NCBI GenBank assembly: GCA_045128835.1
Contig: JBGVRX010000029.1
Span: 51,583 to 115,582, forward strand
DNA: 64,000 nt
Direction: 5' to 3'
DNA from: Bacilli bacterium
GTDB taxonomy: Bacteria; Bacillota_I; Bacilli_A; RFN20; DUOF01
Positions 37,150-49,705 of this stretch are shown piece after piece. Under the pieces are notes generated by a model that was not told where the DNA came from, made no database searches, and saw only the letters and a list, made by a program, of their open reading frames with translations. Positions within the stretch are counted from its first letter, which is position 1. Each line of letters opens with the position of its first letter. A program made the translations under genes and the position numbers.

Positions 37150-39189
37150 TTAACGACGTCCGCCGCCAAATGAGCCGCCTCCGCCACCGAATGAGCTTCC
37201 TCCACTGAAGCCACCTCCGCCACCACGGAAGCCTCCGAATCCTCCTCCTGATCTTGAACTTATTCTTTGAGCAGTCATATGTCTTGATATAGTTCCTGAA
37301 GAAGCTGTTCTAATAGTTCTTATAGACCTATTAAGAACACCAATTCTATGTCTATAACCAAAATAAACGAAATAAGTACAATCCGCAGAAGTCAATTCTT
37401 CATATTTAAATTTAAGTTTTAATTGAGCAGTTACTTTATCTGCAATTCCAAAACTAGTTGCATAAACTAAGTAATGTTCCCAAACTACTATTGAAGGCAC
37501 TGGATAATCTTCAAATGAAGAAAAATCTTCTAAGAATTTTTTAAATGCTTTCCATCTAACATAATCCTCGTTACCTTTTTTACTACGTTTATTAATTGTC
37601 TTTAAATAACAAACAAACGAAGTAATCATACATATGATACCAAACCACAAGCTAGTTCCAAATATATAACCACTATAATTAGTTATAAAAATCATTATAG
37701 CCATTAAAGCGAAAGCAATTAAAGACGCCATTATAATATATCCTGTTTTAGCACTTCCCGATGCATCTTCAAAGAATTTATATTTACTAGCCTCTGCTTT
37801 TACTAATTTATACCACTTGTTACTGCATTTTTGATAATTTGTTGCACCAGAATAAGAATCACAATATGATTTTAATTGCCCACTAGTAACTTGTTCATGA
37901 TCTCCCATCTCATCAATGAACCATTTAATCAAAAATCTTTCTGATTCAGTTAAATCACTAGTACTCTTTTCTTTGTTTTTCTTAATTATATATTCAAATT
38001 TTCTTTCATCATCGCCGCCAGAATTACCTTTAGTATCTAAAATTAAATACTTCCTTCTAATTAAATCTAGTAATGTCGCAGACAAGTCATCATCATTAAT
38101 ATCCCTAAATTTATATAAATACCCCATTACAGCTGGAGGATAATTCGCTGGCAATTCTCTATAATACTCATTATAGAATTCTGACACATATTCTTTATCA
38201 AGTTTCTTATAACAAATAAAGAACAACAAAGCAAACAAAGCAAATCCTACATAATATATAATTAATGCGCCTAAATTACCCCAGAAGTATTTAGAATCTG
38301 CTTCTTTTGTAGTATTTTCTTCAAAAGCCAAAATATCATTTTTTGCATTAATATTTACTTGGTTAATTAAATCAACACCAGTAAACAATTCATTATCTAA
38401 TAATAATCTAACTTCTATTTGCTCATCGCTAATCATATCATCTGCTGTAATAGTGATTTTATTGTTTTCAATAAATCTTCTTTCAGCCATATTTGTTCCA
38501 TGGAAGAATGTATCTTCTTCAGCAATATCATAATTACCTTCAGGTAATGTAATATTGATTTTGACATTATTAAACTTGAATGGTTGATAGCCTAACATTA
38601 CCCAGTTAAATTCAGAAATATCATTATATTGCGTGATTACACCTTCAATAGTATATTCATACTTAAAAGTCGTAATTCTTGCAAAACCAGGCTTGTTGTA
38701 ATAGAAAACAACATCACAATATTTAGTTGAAGCATTTTCACATTTAAGTTTATAACCACGTTCATCCACATCATTATTATAAGAATACCCTACAAAATGC
38801 TTAGGGTAATTCTCTTCACTAGTTTCTGAATCAAATACAACACCAGTAGAATCACTAACAGTAAATTTAACATCTTTCACTAATTTACTTCTATTAATTG
38901 AACTATTTCCAAAATCATTGTTTTTGTTATAGGCTATTTCTTTATAAAAGTAGTTATTGTAATAATTAACGTAATTATCTATAACAATGGTTTCTACTAC
39001 ATGCATATCCCCATTTTCATCGATAACCACGTCCATATTATAATTTTTGGCTTCCATATTTCCTTTTTTGTCACCACTACTATAATTAATGCAAGATCTA
39101 GACATTATTGGGAATAAAAGGCCCAAAATTAAAAAGATAACCATCAATACTTTAGAAAGTTTTTTTGATGCAACACTATTATTTTCCAC
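37150..39189 (-). CDS. DUF2207-family membrane protein with a C-terminal glycine-rich tail.
   Basis: N-terminal signal/TM, a large extracytoplasmic domain and central TM helices. Tail SRSGGGFGGFRGGGGGFSGGSSFGGGGGSFGGGRR. Confidence 0.6.
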   Translation of the reverse strand: MENNSVASKKLSKVLMVIFLILGLLFPIMSRSCINYSSGDKKGNMEAKNYNMDVVIDENGDMHVVETIVIDNYVNYYNNYFYKEIAYNKNNDFGNSSINRSKLVKDVKFTVSDSTGVVFDSETSEENYPKHFVGYSYNNDVDERGYKLKCENASTKYCDVVFYYNKPGFARITTFKYEYTIEGVITQYNDISEFNWVMLGYQPFKFNNVKINITLPEGNYDIAEEDTFFHGTNMAERRFIENNKITITADDMISDEQIEVRLLLDNELFTGVDLINQVNINAKNDILAFEENTTKEADSKYFWGNLGALIIYYVGFALFALLFFICYKKLDKEYVSEFYNEYYRELPANYPPAVMGYLYKFRDINDDDLSATLLDLIRRKYLILDTKGNSGGDDERKFEYIIKKNKEKSTSDLTESERFLIKWFIDEMGDHEQVTSGQLKSYCDSYSGATNYQKCSNKWYKLVKAEASKYKFFEDASGSAKTGYIIMASLIAFALMAIMIFITNYSGYIFGTSLWFGIICMITSFVCYLKTINKRSKKGNEDYVRWKAFKKFLEDFSSFEDYPVPSIVVWEHYLVYATSFGIADKVTAQLKLKFKYEELTSADCTYFVYFGYRHRIGVLNRSIRTIRTASSGTISRHMTAQRISSRSGGGFGGFRGGGGGFSGGSSFGGGGGSFGGGRR

Positions 39190-39267
39190 ACAATCACCTC
39201 ATGCTCCTTTAGATTAACACATTTAAAATAATTTTAAAATATAACCTCTATTTTTTTTAATTTGCAA

Positions 39268-39290
39268 AGAAAAAGCAGCCCTGCGGCTGC
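39268..39290 (-). terminator. Rho-independent terminator downstream of the 630-aa lipoprotein gene.
   Basis: GC-rich hairpin GCAGCC-CTGC-GGCTGC flanked on the plus strand by AAAAA (minus RNA has UUUUUC after the stem). Confidence 0.5.
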
Positions 39291-39313
39291 TTTGTCCTAT
39301 TAATAAATTTATA

Positions 39314-41206
39314 TTAATTGTATGTTATTGTTGTTACAGTAGTATTTCTTTGCTCAACATTTGCGTTTTCAAAGTCATAATAAGTAACTTTTGTAATTTT
39401 TCCACTTTCTATTTTTACTCTCAAGTATGGAACACTACAATCTTTATCAAAGAACTCATATTCTCCAGTAGATTCATTTACTGAGAATGAATCATATCCA
39501 TTAGTAGAATGATCTAAATCGCGAAGTTTAATTAATACAGCTTTAATTGCATTAGCAACGCCAGCATCTAAATTATTTAACACATCTGTTCCAGCAGCAA
39601 TATCTGCTGTTTTGTTATATGTATCTCCATCCCAAGTAATTTGCGTATTAACACTAAAGCCACCGTTGCTTAATTCATTAACAGCATTTACAACAACTTG
39701 AGCATTTGCTGTAACGTCAATAGTTATTGTAACACTATTATTGAATGGATTAATATCATCTAAAGCAGACGTGATTACTGTGCTTTCTCTCTTTACTTCA
39801 TAATTATACTTTTTCAATACAGCATCTAATGTTGCATCGCCTATTAATACTTCTCTTAATGTTTGACCTTGTTTAATTTTTAACATTCCTTCAAAGCTGC
39901 TATTCATTTCATCAAACAAATCTTTCAAATCTGTTGCTTCAGTTAAATCAGAGTCATCTAATTCTAATTTTATCATGTACATATTCTTAGTTGCACTTGG
40001 ATTAACCTTTGTTCCAGTTGTTGGATAATTTATAACATTTGTTTTTCCATCTGCAGATTCAGTTTTATAAATCTTTCCAGAATTAATATAGAAATGATAA
40101 AGAACATTATCAGAAGCATCTTTGATAGTATATTTAGCACAAGAAACTTCAATATCTGCTCCAGCAGCATCTTTACCAACAACGATATTAGTTCTAATAA
40201 CTCCATCAGCATTTTTCTCAACAGAGAACTTATACTCACTATTTGTTACATCAACTTCAAGATGCTTGAAGAACTTCTCAAAATCTGCTAATTTATCAAC
40301 TGATAAACCAAATCCATCTACTGCTAAATCAGCTTTATAGTAAGCATCATCTTCATTTTGCCAATAGAAACCTTGATCAATGATAAATACTCTTTTCTTA
40401 GCTGCATTAACATAATCAAAGAACATTGATTTTTTCTCTGCATCTGTACCACTTACAAATTTATTGTAGTTATTAACTTTAGCAGAACTTCCATCATCTA
40501 AAGTCATTTCTAAGTATTGACTATTTTTAAATGCTCTAATTGCACCTTCCATAATAGCTTTAGGACTATCTTCTAATTTACTATATAAAGTAACATTAGC
40601 ATTTACTTTTTGAGCGAAATCGTATTTGTTATTCAAATCCTTATCTTTATACCACTCTAAAATCCCTTCAAGTCCTTCAAATGAAGTTATATCTTCAGCA
40701 ACTCCACCATATTTTACATCTTTACTTACTGACTTTATTGTATTTCCATCGTCATCTATAACTTTGTAGTTAACAGTAAATTTAGTTGCAGTAGCATCAG
40801 AAGCTTCATCTGATGATCTAGTTGCACAATTACAAATTACATTGTATGTACCAACATTTCCTGTTTCAGCATTATTATCAACAGTAAATTCATACAAGTA
40901 GTATTTACCATCTACTAAGTTTGTAAGTTCAAATGAATCAGTAACACTTTCTTGCCCTTGTCTAGTGAATTCCATTCTAGGATATTGTGCTGGGCTAGTT
41001 TCAGTACCAAAACAACCTTCTGTTGGATATACTTTTAAATAAACTTTCTTTCCATTAGCGTACTTTCCTCCACCAGTTATATAACTTTCTTCTCCAGAAT
41101 TAACTTTAGTAGTAATTGTATATTTTGTTTCGCCACATCCTGCAGCCATTCCTATACATGCTGACGCTAATATAGTAAATAATATTTTATTTTTCTTCAT
41201 ATTCAA
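39314..41206 (-). CDS. Surface lipoprotein with Listeria-Bacteroides-type repeat-like segments.
   Basis: Lipobox MNMKKNKILFTILASACIGMAAGCG. Segments such as EGLEGILEWYKDKDLNNKYDF resemble the flg_new/List_Bact repeat. Confidence 0.45.
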   Translation of the reverse strand: MNMKKNKILFTILASACIGMAAGCGETKYTITTKVNSGEESYITGGGKYANGKKVYLKVYPTEGCFGTETSPAQYPRMEFTRQGQESVTDSFELTNLVDGKYYLYEFTVDNNAETGNVGTYNVICNCATRSSDEASDATATKFTVNYKVIDDDGNTIKSVSKDVKYGGVAEDITSFEGLEGILEWYKDKDLNNKYDFAQKVNANVTLYSKLEDSPKAIMEGAIRAFKNSQYLEMTLDDGSSAKVNNYNKFVSGTDAEKKSMFFDYVNAAKKRVFIIDQGFYWQNEDDAYYKADLAVDGFGLSVDKLADFEKFFKHLEVDVTNSEYKFSVEKNADGVIRTNIVVGKDAAGADIEVSCAKYTIKDASDNVLYHFYINSGKIYKTESADGKTNVINYPTTGTKVNPSATKNMYMIKLELDDSDLTEATDLKDLFDEMNSSFEGMLKIKQGQTLREVLIGDATLDAVLKKYNYEVKRESTVITSALDDINPFNNSVTITIDVTANAQVVVNAVNELSNGGFSVNTQITWDGDTYNKTADIAAGTDVLNNLDAGVANAIKAVLIKLRDLDHSTNGYDSFSVNESTGEYEFFDKDCSVPYLRVKIESGKITKVTYYDFENANVEQRNTTVTTITYN

Positions 41207-41217
41207 TTACCTCCTAA

Positions 41218-42039
41218 TTAAAAGTTAAATGCGCCACTAAAGAATCCAGTAAGCACAGACACAAGAGCAGAAGCAGCATATGCAATTCCACATCCTATTA
41301 TCAACCACTTCAAAGAACCAATTTTTTCTTGTCTTAATTGTGGTTCATCTGCAGCCTTAACAATTTGGACACCTAAAATAGCACCTTTAATTATTAAGAA
41401 TAGAGTTAAAACGATATAAATTATTGGCATTATAGTACCATAAACTAAGCCAGTAATTTTCTCCATTACTGATTCTAATTCATCGTTTTCAATATCATCA
41501 ATGTTAGTACTTAAAATATCTCCAACTTTGAATTCTCTTCTTGCATATCCAACATCTTCACTGTAATATTGGCAAGCTGTCTTATCTTCATTTCTGAAAG
41601 AACAGAATGCAACACGAACAAAAACAACATATTGATCTTCACGATGAGAACTATCTATAGTATACCCCTCTTGTTTCAAATTGTATGTTCTACTTGTTGG
41701 ATATTGGTCTGCCGCATTAGCATCTTTTTCAGAAACTTCAGCACCAATACCGACAAATGAACTTTCACAATAAGTTTCATAAGTCAATAAAGAATCATCT
41801 GTTTTCTTTTCACAAATTTTATATCCTAGAGCTGCCGCAGTTGCATCATAACCTCTTTGATAATCAATTATAATTTGCAAATTTAATTTTTTGGTTTCAC
41901 CATCTGTTACAGTGCCAACAAAAACGTTAACACCATTCTTTGAACTATCATATATAGCACTAGCTTGTTTTGCGGTGAACAAAGCCATTATGAAAGTACT
42001 AATTAATAGCAAAGAAAAAAATCTTAATACTTTCTTCAT
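41218..42039 (-). CDS. Secreted/membrane protein of unknown function. Signal peptide plus two C-terminal TM helices.
   Basis: MKKVLRFFSLLLISTFIMALFTAKQASA signal. A Cys-containing ectodomain. C-terminal TM-KAADEPQLRQEK-TM. Confidence 0.4.
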   Translation of the reverse strand: MKKVLRFFSLLLISTFIMALFTAKQASAIYDSSKNGVNVFVGTVTDGETKKLNLQIIIDYQRGYDATAAALGYKICEKKTDDSLLTYETYCESSFVGIGAEVSEKDANAADQYPTSRTYNLKQEGYTIDSSHREDQYVVFVRVAFCSFRNEDKTACQYYSEDVGYARREFKVGDILSTNIDDIENDELESVMEKITGLVYGTIMPIIYIVLTLFLIIKGAILGVQIVKAADEPQLRQEKIGSLKWLIIGCGIAYAASALVSVLTGFFSGAFNF

Positions 42040-42116
42040 TATCATCACTCCTAATAAAATTCTACATTTTTCACCATAAATAAGCAATTGCTCTATCTTC
42101 TTTTTTTTCTTTTTTG

Positions 42117-42148
42117 TTAAAAAAGGACCTATTTCTAGGCCCTTTTTA
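42117..42148. terminator. Bidirectional rho-independent terminator downstream of rpoC.
   Basis: GGACCTA-TTTC-TAGGCCC hairpin flanked by an A-run upstream and TTTTT downstream on the plus strand. Confidence 0.55.
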
Positions 42149-42153
42149 ATTTA

Positions 42154-45100
42154 TTAATCTAATAAAGTTAAATCATCATCTAATTCGATATCATCAGCTA
42201 CATCTTGGTGGATTGCAAGACCAGTACCTGCTGGAATTAATTTACCAACAATTACGTTTTCTTTTAATCCCTTCAAATAGTCATATTTTCCTTTGATAAC
42301 TGCATCAGTTAGCATTCTATTTGTTTCTTGGAATGAAGCACTTGATAAGAATGAATCAGTTTCCAAACTTGCTTTTGTAATACCTAATACCATAGGTCTA
42401 GCAACAGCAGGTCTTCCACCTCTTAACAATACATCTTTATTAACTCTTGTGAAATCATTGATGTCAATTCTTGTACCTGGTAATAAATCACTATCACCTG
42501 ATTCAATAACTGTCATCTTTCTTAACATTTGACGAACGATAACCTCGATATGTTTATCTGAAATTTCATCACCTTGTAATTTATATACCTTTTTAATTTC
42601 TTTTAAGATATATTTTTGAACAGATCTAACATCACTAACTTCTAGTAATTGTTTTGGATTAATACTTCCATCTGTTAATTGTTGACCATTCTTAACTGTA
42701 TCGCCAACTTTAACAATAACTTTTGAACCATAGTTAGTAACGTAAGTTTTCTTATCAAACTTGTTAGCAATAGTGATTTCACTTCTTCCGTTATTTTCGT
42801 TAATTTCTAAGATTTCACCACTTATTTCAGTAATTAAAGCTTCACCCTTTGGATTACGAGATTCTACTAACTCTTGAATACGAGGTAAACCTTGAGTGAT
42901 ATCGGCACCAGCAACACCACCAGTATGGAAAGTACGCATTGTTAATTGAGTACCACGTTCACCGATAGATTGAGCAGCCATAACACCTACAGCTTCTCCG
43001 ATTTCAACTTCATTACCAGTTGCTAAGTTAACACCGTAACATTTCTTACATACACCTTGTTCGCTCTTACAAGTAAACAATGTTCTAATTTCAACTTCTT
43101 TAATTCCTGCTGCAACGATTTCCTTAGCTTTTTGAGAACTGATTAATTCATTTGCATGAACAATAATTTCTCCAGTTGTAGGATTTACAACATCTCTCAT
43201 AGAAGTTCTACCGTATAATCTGTTTTGTAATGAAGAAATAACAGTATTTTCTTTTTCATTTATTAAATCACTTATAACTGTACCAGCATCACAACCACAA
43301 TCTTCTTCGTTAACGATAATGTCGTGAGATACGTCAATAAGTCTTCTTGTTAAGTAACCAGCATCAGCTGTTTTTAAGGCTGTATCTGTATTACCTTTTC
43401 TAGCACCGTGTGTAGAAATAAAGAATTCAGATACTGTTAAACCTTCTCTAAATGAAGATTTAATAGGAATTTCGATTGTTTGACCAGTTGTGTTAGCCAT
43501 AGGTCCTCTCATACCACATAATTGAGAGAAGTTCTTGATACTACCACGGGCACCTGATTCAGAAATGATACATAATGGGTTGAATTTATCTGCTTTGAAT
43601 TGAGCTTCAACACAGTTACTTACTTGTTTCTTAACATCTTCCCATTTTTTAATAACTGCTTCGTATCTTCCTTTTTCATCAAGCAATCCTTTTTCAAACA
43701 TAGCATTTGTTTTATCAACAATCTTGTCTGCTTCAGCGATAATTCCTTCTTTTTCAGGAACTACTTTAATATCGCTAATAGAAATAGTAACACCAGATTT
43801 TGTAGAATATTTAAATCCTAAATCTTTTAAGTTATCCATCATCTTAGAAGTTTCTAAAGTTCTAAACTTATTAAATACTTCTTTAATAATTGGACCGAAG
43901 TCACCTTTCTTATATGGTTTAGCTACAGGTAAGTTTTCAACATATTCTTTAATGTTTGTACCTTTTTTAATGATGAATCTATCATTCATCTTAGTGAAAC
44001 TACCAACATCAAATTCATTTAAATATTGGAAATCTTTAGGGAATATTGTATTGAATATAATCTTACCAACACTAGTTAATACATAGTCACCTTGATCGTA
44101 TTGTGCAAAGCAAGGCTTATTCATTCCATCCATTCTAACAACAATACGGTTGTGAGCATGAATTTGATTTGTAGAATATGCTAACATTACAGAATCAACA
44201 TCTTTAAATACTTTACCATCACATTCAGCAAAATATCTATAGTCTTCTGCCATCTTAACGTCGCCTTTTTGCTCATAGATTTCAGCAACTTCTAAGAAAT
44301 CATTCTTGTTATATTCTTTAGATAAGTAATACATACCTAAAAGCATATCTTGAGATGGGCTTACGATAGGTTCTCCATCCTTTGGTGAAAGAATGTTATT
44401 AGAAGCTAGCATTAATACTCTAGATTCAGTTTTTGCTTCTTCACTTAAAGGAACGTGAACTGCCATTTGGTCTCCATCAAAGTCGGCATTGAAGGCACTA
44501 CATACAAGTGGGTGCAATCTAATGGCTTTACCTTCTACTAGTTTAGGCTCGAATGCTTGGATTGAAAGTCTGTGAAGTGTAGGAGCACGGTTAAGTAATA
44601 CTGGATGTTCTTTACTTACTGCTTGAACTACATCCCAAATTCTATCATCCATTTTATCGATCATTTTATCTGCTTTTTTATGAGAATCAACAATTCCTCT
44701 CTTTATCATTTCACAAGCAATGAAAGGTCTAAATAATTGAACTGCCATTTCTCTAGGTAATCCACATTGATACATTTTTAAATCTGGTCCTACAGCGATA
44801 ACACTACGTCCAGAGTAGTCAACTCTCTTACCTAATAAGTGTTGACGGAATCTACCTTGTTTTCCTTTTAATGAGTGAGATAGAGATTTTAATGCTCTAC
44901 CACCAGCACCAGTAACAGGTTTATTTTTTCTTCCGTTATCAATTAATGCATCTACAGCTTCTTGAAGCATACGTTTTTCGTTGTTTAAAATAACTGTAGG
45001 AGCATTCATATCTTGTAATTTTTTAAGTCTTATATTACGAGAAATAACTCTTCTATATAAGTCATTTAAGTCACTAGCAGCAAGTCTACCACCATCTAAT

Positions 45101-45978
45101 TGAAGTAAAGGTCTTAAATCAGGTGGGATAACTGGAAGTGCTGTAAGAATCATCCATTCAGGTTTGTTGTCTGATTGTCTGAATGAGTTGATTACTTCTA
45201 GTCTCTTTAATAATTTTACTCTTCTTTGGTTTTTATCACCTTGAGTATCTTTTAATTCAGCTTTAATTTTTACAAATTCAGCATCAACGTCCATACCGCT
45301 TAACAATTCTTTAATTGCTTCAGCACCAACACCAAATCTAGCATTTGTGAAATCGCTAATGAAATTAGCGTTATTACTAAATTCAAATGGTTCTTTTGGA
45401 TTATTGATTCTTTCAAGTAAAGAAGCACCATATGTATATTCATATGATTCTGGATCTAATTTTTCTAAAATTTCTCCAACAATAACACTAAATCTTTCTC
45501 TAGCTGTTTTTTCATCTAAAACATCACCTTTAGACAAGTGTTTACAAGTACCTGCATCCAAAACAACTTGTGACATGAAATAAATTACTTCTTCAACTTG
45601 CTTAGCAGGGATATCAAGGACTAATCCCATTTTAGGAGATATACCCTTGATATACCAAATATGAGCAACTGGAGTAGCTAGTTCAATATGCCCTAATCTC
45701 TCTCTTCTAACACTCTTAGAAGTAATTTCAACTCCACATTTTTCACAAACCATACCTTGGAAACGGATTTTTTTGTATTTTCCACAGTGACATTCATAGT
45801 CCTTACTAGGACCAAAGATTTTTTCACAGAATAATCCATCTAATTCAGGTTTTTGAGAACGATAGTTTATAGTTTCTGCTTTTTTAACTTCACCATAAGA
45901 CCATTCTCTAATTTTTTCAGGAGAAGCAAGTCCTACCTTAACTGCTGCATAACGATTTACATCCATAGTTGTAGCCAT
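42154..45978 (-). CDS. rpoC: DNA-directed RNA polymerase subunit beta'.
   Basis: Zn-binding [28 protein letters not shown] catalytic motif. 1274 aa. Confidence 0.95.
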   Translation of the reverse strand: MATTMDVNRYAAVKVGLASPEKIREWSYGEVKKAETINYRSQKPELDGLFCEKIFGPSKDYECHCGKYKKIRFQGMVCEKCGVEITSKSVRRERLGHIELATPVAHIWYIKGISPKMGLVLDIPAKQVEEVIYFMSQVVLDAGTCKHLSKGDVLDEKTARERFSVIVGEILEKLDPESYEYTYGASLLERINNPKEPFEFSNNANFISDFTNARFGVGAEAIKELLSGMDVDAEFVKIKAELKDTQGDKNQRRVKLLKRLEVINSFRQSDNKPEWMILTALPVIPPDLRPLLQLDGGRLAASDLNDLYRRVISRNIRLKKLQDMNAPTVILNNEKRMLQEAVDALIDNGRKNKPVTGAGGRALKSLSHSLKGKQGRFRQHLLGKRVDYSGRSVIAVGPDLKMYQCGLPREMAVQLFRPFIACEMIKRGIVDSHKKADKMIDKMDDRIWDVVQAVSKEHPVLLNRAPTLHRLSIQAFEPKLVEGKAIRLHPLVCSAFNADFDGDQMAVHVPLSEEAKTESRVLMLASNNILSPKDGEPIVSPSQDMLLGMYYLSKEYNKNDFLEVAEIYEQKGDVKMAEDYRYFAECDGKVFKDVDSVMLAYSTNQIHAHNRIVVRMDGMNKPCFAQYDQGDYVLTSVGKIIFNTIFPKDFQYLNEFDVGSFTKMNDRFIIKKGTNIKEYVENLPVAKPYKKGDFGPIIKEVFNKFRTLETSKMMDNLKDLGFKYSTKSGVTISISDIKVVPEKEGIIAEADKIVDKTNAMFEKGLLDEKGRYEAVIKKWEDVKKQVSNCVEAQFKADKFNPLCIISESGARGSIKNFSQLCGMRGPMANTTGQTIEIPIKSSFREGLTVSEFFISTHGARKGNTDTALKTADAGYLTRRLIDVSHDIIVNEEDCGCDAGTVISDLINEKENTVISSLQNRLYGRTSMRDVVNPTTGEIIVHANELISSQKAKEIVAAGIKEVEIRTLFTCKSEQGVCKKCYGVNLATGNEVEIGEAVGVMAAQSIGERGTQLTMRTFHTGGVAGADITQGLPRIQELVESRNPKGEALITEISGEILEINENNGRSEITIANKFDKKTYVTNYGSKVIVKVGDTVKNGQQLTDGSINPKQLLEVSDVRSVQKYILKEIKKVYKLQGDEISDKHIEVIVRQMLRKMTVIESGDSDLLPGTRIDINDFTRVNKDVLLRGGRPAVARPMVLGITKASLETDSFLSSASFQETNRMLTDAVIKGKYDYLKGLKENVIVGKLIPAGTGLAIHQDVADDIELDDDLTLLD

Positions 45979-45991
45979 TTATTTTCCCCCT

Positions 45992-48900
45992 TTACTCGTA
46001 ATCCTCATCATCGTAGTCATCCATCATTGCTTCAGTTGCATCATCAACTGCTACGAAATCTGAGAATTGTTCTTTAATTGTATCTGCTAATCTTCTTTCT
46101 TCTCTTTCTTGATATTTAGTTGATGCTTTCATATCAATTATTTCACCATCAACATCGTAAACGTTAATATCAATAGCAAGAGCTTGTAATTCTTTTTGTA
46201 AAACCTTAAATGATTCTGGAACACCAGGTTTTGGTAAAGATTTTCCTTTAATGATAGCTTCGTATGTTTTTACTCTTCCTATTACATCATCAGATTTAAT
46301 AGTTAACATTTCTTGTAATGTGTGAGCTGCACCATATGCTTCTAATGCCCAAACTTCCATTTCTCCAAATCTTTGACCACCGTTTTGTGCTTTACCACCT
46401 AAAGGTTGTTGAGTAACTAATGAATAAGGTCCTGTAGCACGAGCATGTAACTTATCATCAACCATGTGAGCAAGTTTTAACATGTACATAACACCTACAG
46501 AAATTCTAGCATCGAATGGTTCTCCAGTTCTTCCATCATAAAGAATAGTTTTTCCATCTTCAGCAATGCCAGCTTCTTTCATCATTTTCTTTAAATCTTC
46601 GTCTTTAACTCCATCGAATACTGGAGTAGCAACTTTCATACCAAGTTTCTTAGCTGCATATCCTAAGTGCATTTCTAAAACTTGTCCGATATTCATACGA
46701 GAAGGAACTCCTAGAGGGTTTAACATGATATCTACTGGAGTACCATCTGGTAAGAATGGCATATCTTCTTGAGGCATAATACGTGAGATAACACCTTTGT
46801 TACCATGACGTCCAGCCATCTTATCACCTTCAGATATTTTACGTTTTTGAGCAACATATACTCTTATCATCTCGTTAACTCCTGGTTCTAATTCATCACC
46901 ATTTTTACGAGAGAAATATTTAACATCAAGAACGATACCAGCACCACCGTGAGGAACACGAAGTGATTTATCTTTACCTTCTTTAGTCTTTTCACCAAAG
47001 ATAGCCATTAATAATTTTTCTTCTGGAGTTGGTTCGCTTTGTCCTTTTGGAGTAATTTTACCAACTAAGATATCTCCTTCTTTAACTTCAGCACCAGGTA
47101 TAACAATACCACGAGCATCTAAGTGAGATTTAGCATCTTCACCAACGTTAGGAACATCACGAGTAATTTCCTCAGGGCCTAATTTTGTATCTCTACATTC
47201 AATTTTATAGTCTTCAATATGAATTGAAGTATAAACATCATCTTTAACTAATCTATCTGACATGATAATAGCATCCTCGTAGTTATATCCATCCCATGTC
47301 ATGAATGCTATAGTAACGTTTTGTCCTAATGCTAATTCACCATTTTGAATAGCACCACCATCAGCTAAAACATCGCCAACACTTACTTTTTGACCTTCAA
47401 CAACACTAGGAATTTGATTTAAACAAGTTCCTTGGTTACTGCTTGCAAATTTCTTTAAATTATATGTATGTTCACCATCTTTAGCTTGAACCTTAACTTT
47501 TTTAGCATCAACATAAGTAACTGTTCCGTCGACTTTACTTAATAAAGATGAACCAGAGTCGTGCGCGATTTTTCTTTCAACACCTGTACCAACATATGGA
47601 GAATCAGGTTTTACTAAAGGAATAGCTTGACGTTGCATGTTTGCGGCCATTAGAGCACGGTGAGCATCATCGTTTTCAAGGAAAGGAATACAAGATGTAG
47701 ATATTGAAATTAATTGCTTAGGAGAAACGTCAACGTAGTCAACATCTTCTTTTCTAATCAATAAGTTTTCACCTCTATGACGAGCAACAACTCTGTCATC
47801 TAAGATATATCCATCTTTATCCATATTAATGTTAGCTTGAGCAACAGTGAAATCATTTTCTTGGTCTGCTGTCAAGTAATCACATTCTTCTAATACTCTG
47901 TTATTTGTTTTATCTACTCTTCTATAAGGAGTTTGAATAAATCCATTATCATCTAATTTTGCATAAGTTGCTAAGTTAGAAATCAAACCGATGTTAGCGC
48001 CTTCTGGTGTTTCAATCGGACAAATTCTACCGTAGTGTGAATAGTGAACATCACGAACTTCTACACCAGCTCTATCTTTATTTAATCCACCAGGACCTAA
48101 AGCACTAATTCTTCTCTTGTTTGCAAGTTCAGATAATGGGTTAGTTTGATCCATGAATTGTGCTAATTGAGAATAAGCAAAGAACTCTCTTAAAGCAGCA
48201 CTTAGTGGTCTTATATTTGTTAAACTTTGAGGTGTAATAGATGTTGTCTCAGAAATTGACATCTTTTCTTTAACACCTTTTTCCATTTTAGATAAACCTG
48301 CTCTGAATTGGTTTTGAATTAATTCACCTACAGATCTAATTCTTCTGTTACCTAAGTGGTCAATATCATCATTGATAACATAACCATCAAATGCATTAAG
48401 GAAGAAAGAAAATGTTGCAATAATATCAGGAATATTTAAATTTCTAACTTCGCTACTGCAATCATTACCAATAATTTTCATAGTCTTAGTTTGAGTTTCA
48501 TCAGTATAAACAGTAATAATGTTTACGCTGTCTTCACCTTCACCATTTAAATATAAGTTTCTATTAACACTTAATGAAACGCTGTGAGCGCCTTTTTCAA
48601 AGAATCCAATGCTCTTCAAATGATCAACTTCAGTTTTAGTAATTAAAGTTCCTTTTGGATAAATTACTTCTCCTTCGCTATCAATTAAATGTTCTGCAAC
48701 AACTTTACCTTGTAATCTAAAATAAGCACTTAACTTAGTATTTATTTTAAATCTACCAGCTTTAGCTAAGTCATATCTCTTTTTATCGAAATATTTTTGG
48801 AACATTAAGTTTCTTGAACCTTCTTCAGTTGCTGGTTCACCAGGTCTTAATTTTGTATAAATTTCAATTAAAGCTTCTCTAGAATTACTAGTTGGATCTT

Positions 48901-49564
48901 TTTCAAAAGTGTTGTTTAAGTAAACGCTTTCTCCAAATAATTCAGTAATATCTTCATTACTTTCTAATCCGATTGCTCTTAATAATACAGTAGCAGGAAT
49001 CTTTCTTTCTCTATCGATTCTTACATGTAATACATCATGTGAATCTGATTCAAATTCCAACCAAGCTCCTCTAATTGGATGAACTTCACCATTAGAAATT
49101 AATTTACCAGTTTTTTCATCTCTTCCACAGTTGAAGTACGCTCCAGGAGATCTAGCTAATTGAGAAACGATAACTTTTTCATTTCCACTAATGACAAAAG
49201 TGCCAGCATCACTCATTGCAGGCATTTCGCCAAAGAATACATCGCTTTCTTTAATTTCTCCCGTTTCATTATTGATCAAACGTAGAGTTGCTCTCATAGG
49301 ATAAGCATAAGTTAGATAACGATCTCTACATTGTTCGATATCATATTTTGGTTTCTCGAACCTACAATTAACGAACTCCATAACGAAATTCCCATTTGGG
49401 CTTTCGATTGGATAAATGTCGTTAAATGCATCAATAATTCCCTCGTTGATAAACCATTCATAAGACTTTTGTTGGATTTCAACAAGATTAGGAATAGGCA
49501 ATGAACCACTAATTTTAGAAAAGTCTTTTCTCTCAGTAGTTAGGCCATTTTTGTTTATTGCCAC
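45992..49564 (-). CDS. rpoB: DNA-directed RNA polymerase subunit beta.
   Basis: Conserved [14 protein letters not shown]. Rif-region and catalytic motifs throughout. The ORF-track TTG start at 49612 is probably upstream of the true start. A GTG at ~49564 preceded by AGAGGTG fits the RpoB N-terminal alignment better. Confidence 0.9.
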   Translation of the reverse strand: MAINKNGLTTERKDFSKISGSLPIPNLVEIQQKSYEWFINEGIIDAFNDIYPIESPNGNFVMEFVNCRFEKPKYDIEQCRDRYLTYAYPMRATLRLINNETGEIKESDVFFGEMPAMSDAGTFVISGNEKVIVSQLARSPGAYFNCGRDEKTGKLISNGEVHPIRGAWLEFESDSHDVLHVRIDRERKIPATVLLRAIGLESNEDITELFGESVYLNNTFEKDPTSNSREALIEIYTKLRPGEPATEEGSRNLMFQKYFDKKRYDLAKAGRFKINTKLSAYFRLQGKVVAEHLIDSEGEVIYPKGTLITKTEVDHLKSIGFFEKGAHSVSLSVNRNLYLNGEGEDSVNIITVYTDETQTKTMKIIGNDCSSEVRNLNIPDIIATFSFFLNAFDGYVINDDIDHLGNRRIRSVGELIQNQFRAGLSKMEKGVKEKMSISETTSITPQSLTNIRPLSAALREFFAYSQLAQFMDQTNPLSELANKRRISALGPGGLNKDRAGVEVRDVHYSHYGRICPIETPEGANIGLISNLATYAKLDDNGFIQTPYRRVDKTNNRVLEECDYLTADQENDFTVAQANINMDKDGYILDDRVVARHRGENLLIRKEDVDYVDVSPKQLISISTSCIPFLENDDAHRALMAANMQRQAIPLVKPDSPYVGTGVERKIAHDSGSSLLSKVDGTVTYVDAKKVKVQAKDGEHTYNLKKFASSNQGTCLNQIPSVVEGQKVSVGDVLADGGAIQNGELALGQNVTIAFMTWDGYNYEDAIIMSDRLVKDDVYTSIHIEDYKIECRDTKLGPEEITRDVPNVGEDAKSHLDARGIVIPGAEVKEGDILVGKITPKGQSEPTPEEKLLMAIFGEKTKEGKDKSLRVPHGGAGIVLDVKYFSRKNGDELEPGVNEMIRVYVAQKRKISEGDKMAGRHGNKGVISRIMPQEDMPFLPDGTPVDIMLNPLGVPSRMNIGQVLEMHLGYAAKKLGMKVATPVFDGVKDEDLKKMMKEAGIAEDGKTILYDGRTGEPFDARISVGVMYMLKLAHMVDDKLHARATGPYSLVTQQPLGGKAQNGGQRFGEMEVWALEAYGAAHTLQEMLTIKSDDVIGRVKTYEAIIKGKSLPKPGVPESFKVLQKELQALAIDINVYDVDGEIIDMKASTKYQEREERRLADTIKEQFSDFVAVDDATEAMMDDYDDEDYE

Positions 49565-49678
49565 AACATTCACCTCTTTCAGTTTTGTCCTTTTTGGGCA
49601 TAAAAAAGACAATTAGACATTATAGTTTAACATGCTATAGCGCAAGTGTCAACCAACTTTTAACTTATTTTCTTTTTT

Positions 49679-49703
49679 ATAAAAAAAGAAGGCCACTGCC
49701 TTC
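49679..49703 (-). terminator. Rho-independent terminator after the tmk-like gene, upstream of the rpoB leader.
   Basis: GAAGGC-CACT-GCCTTC hairpin preceded on the plus strand by AAAAAAAAA. Confidence 0.5.
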
Positions 49704-49705
49704 TT

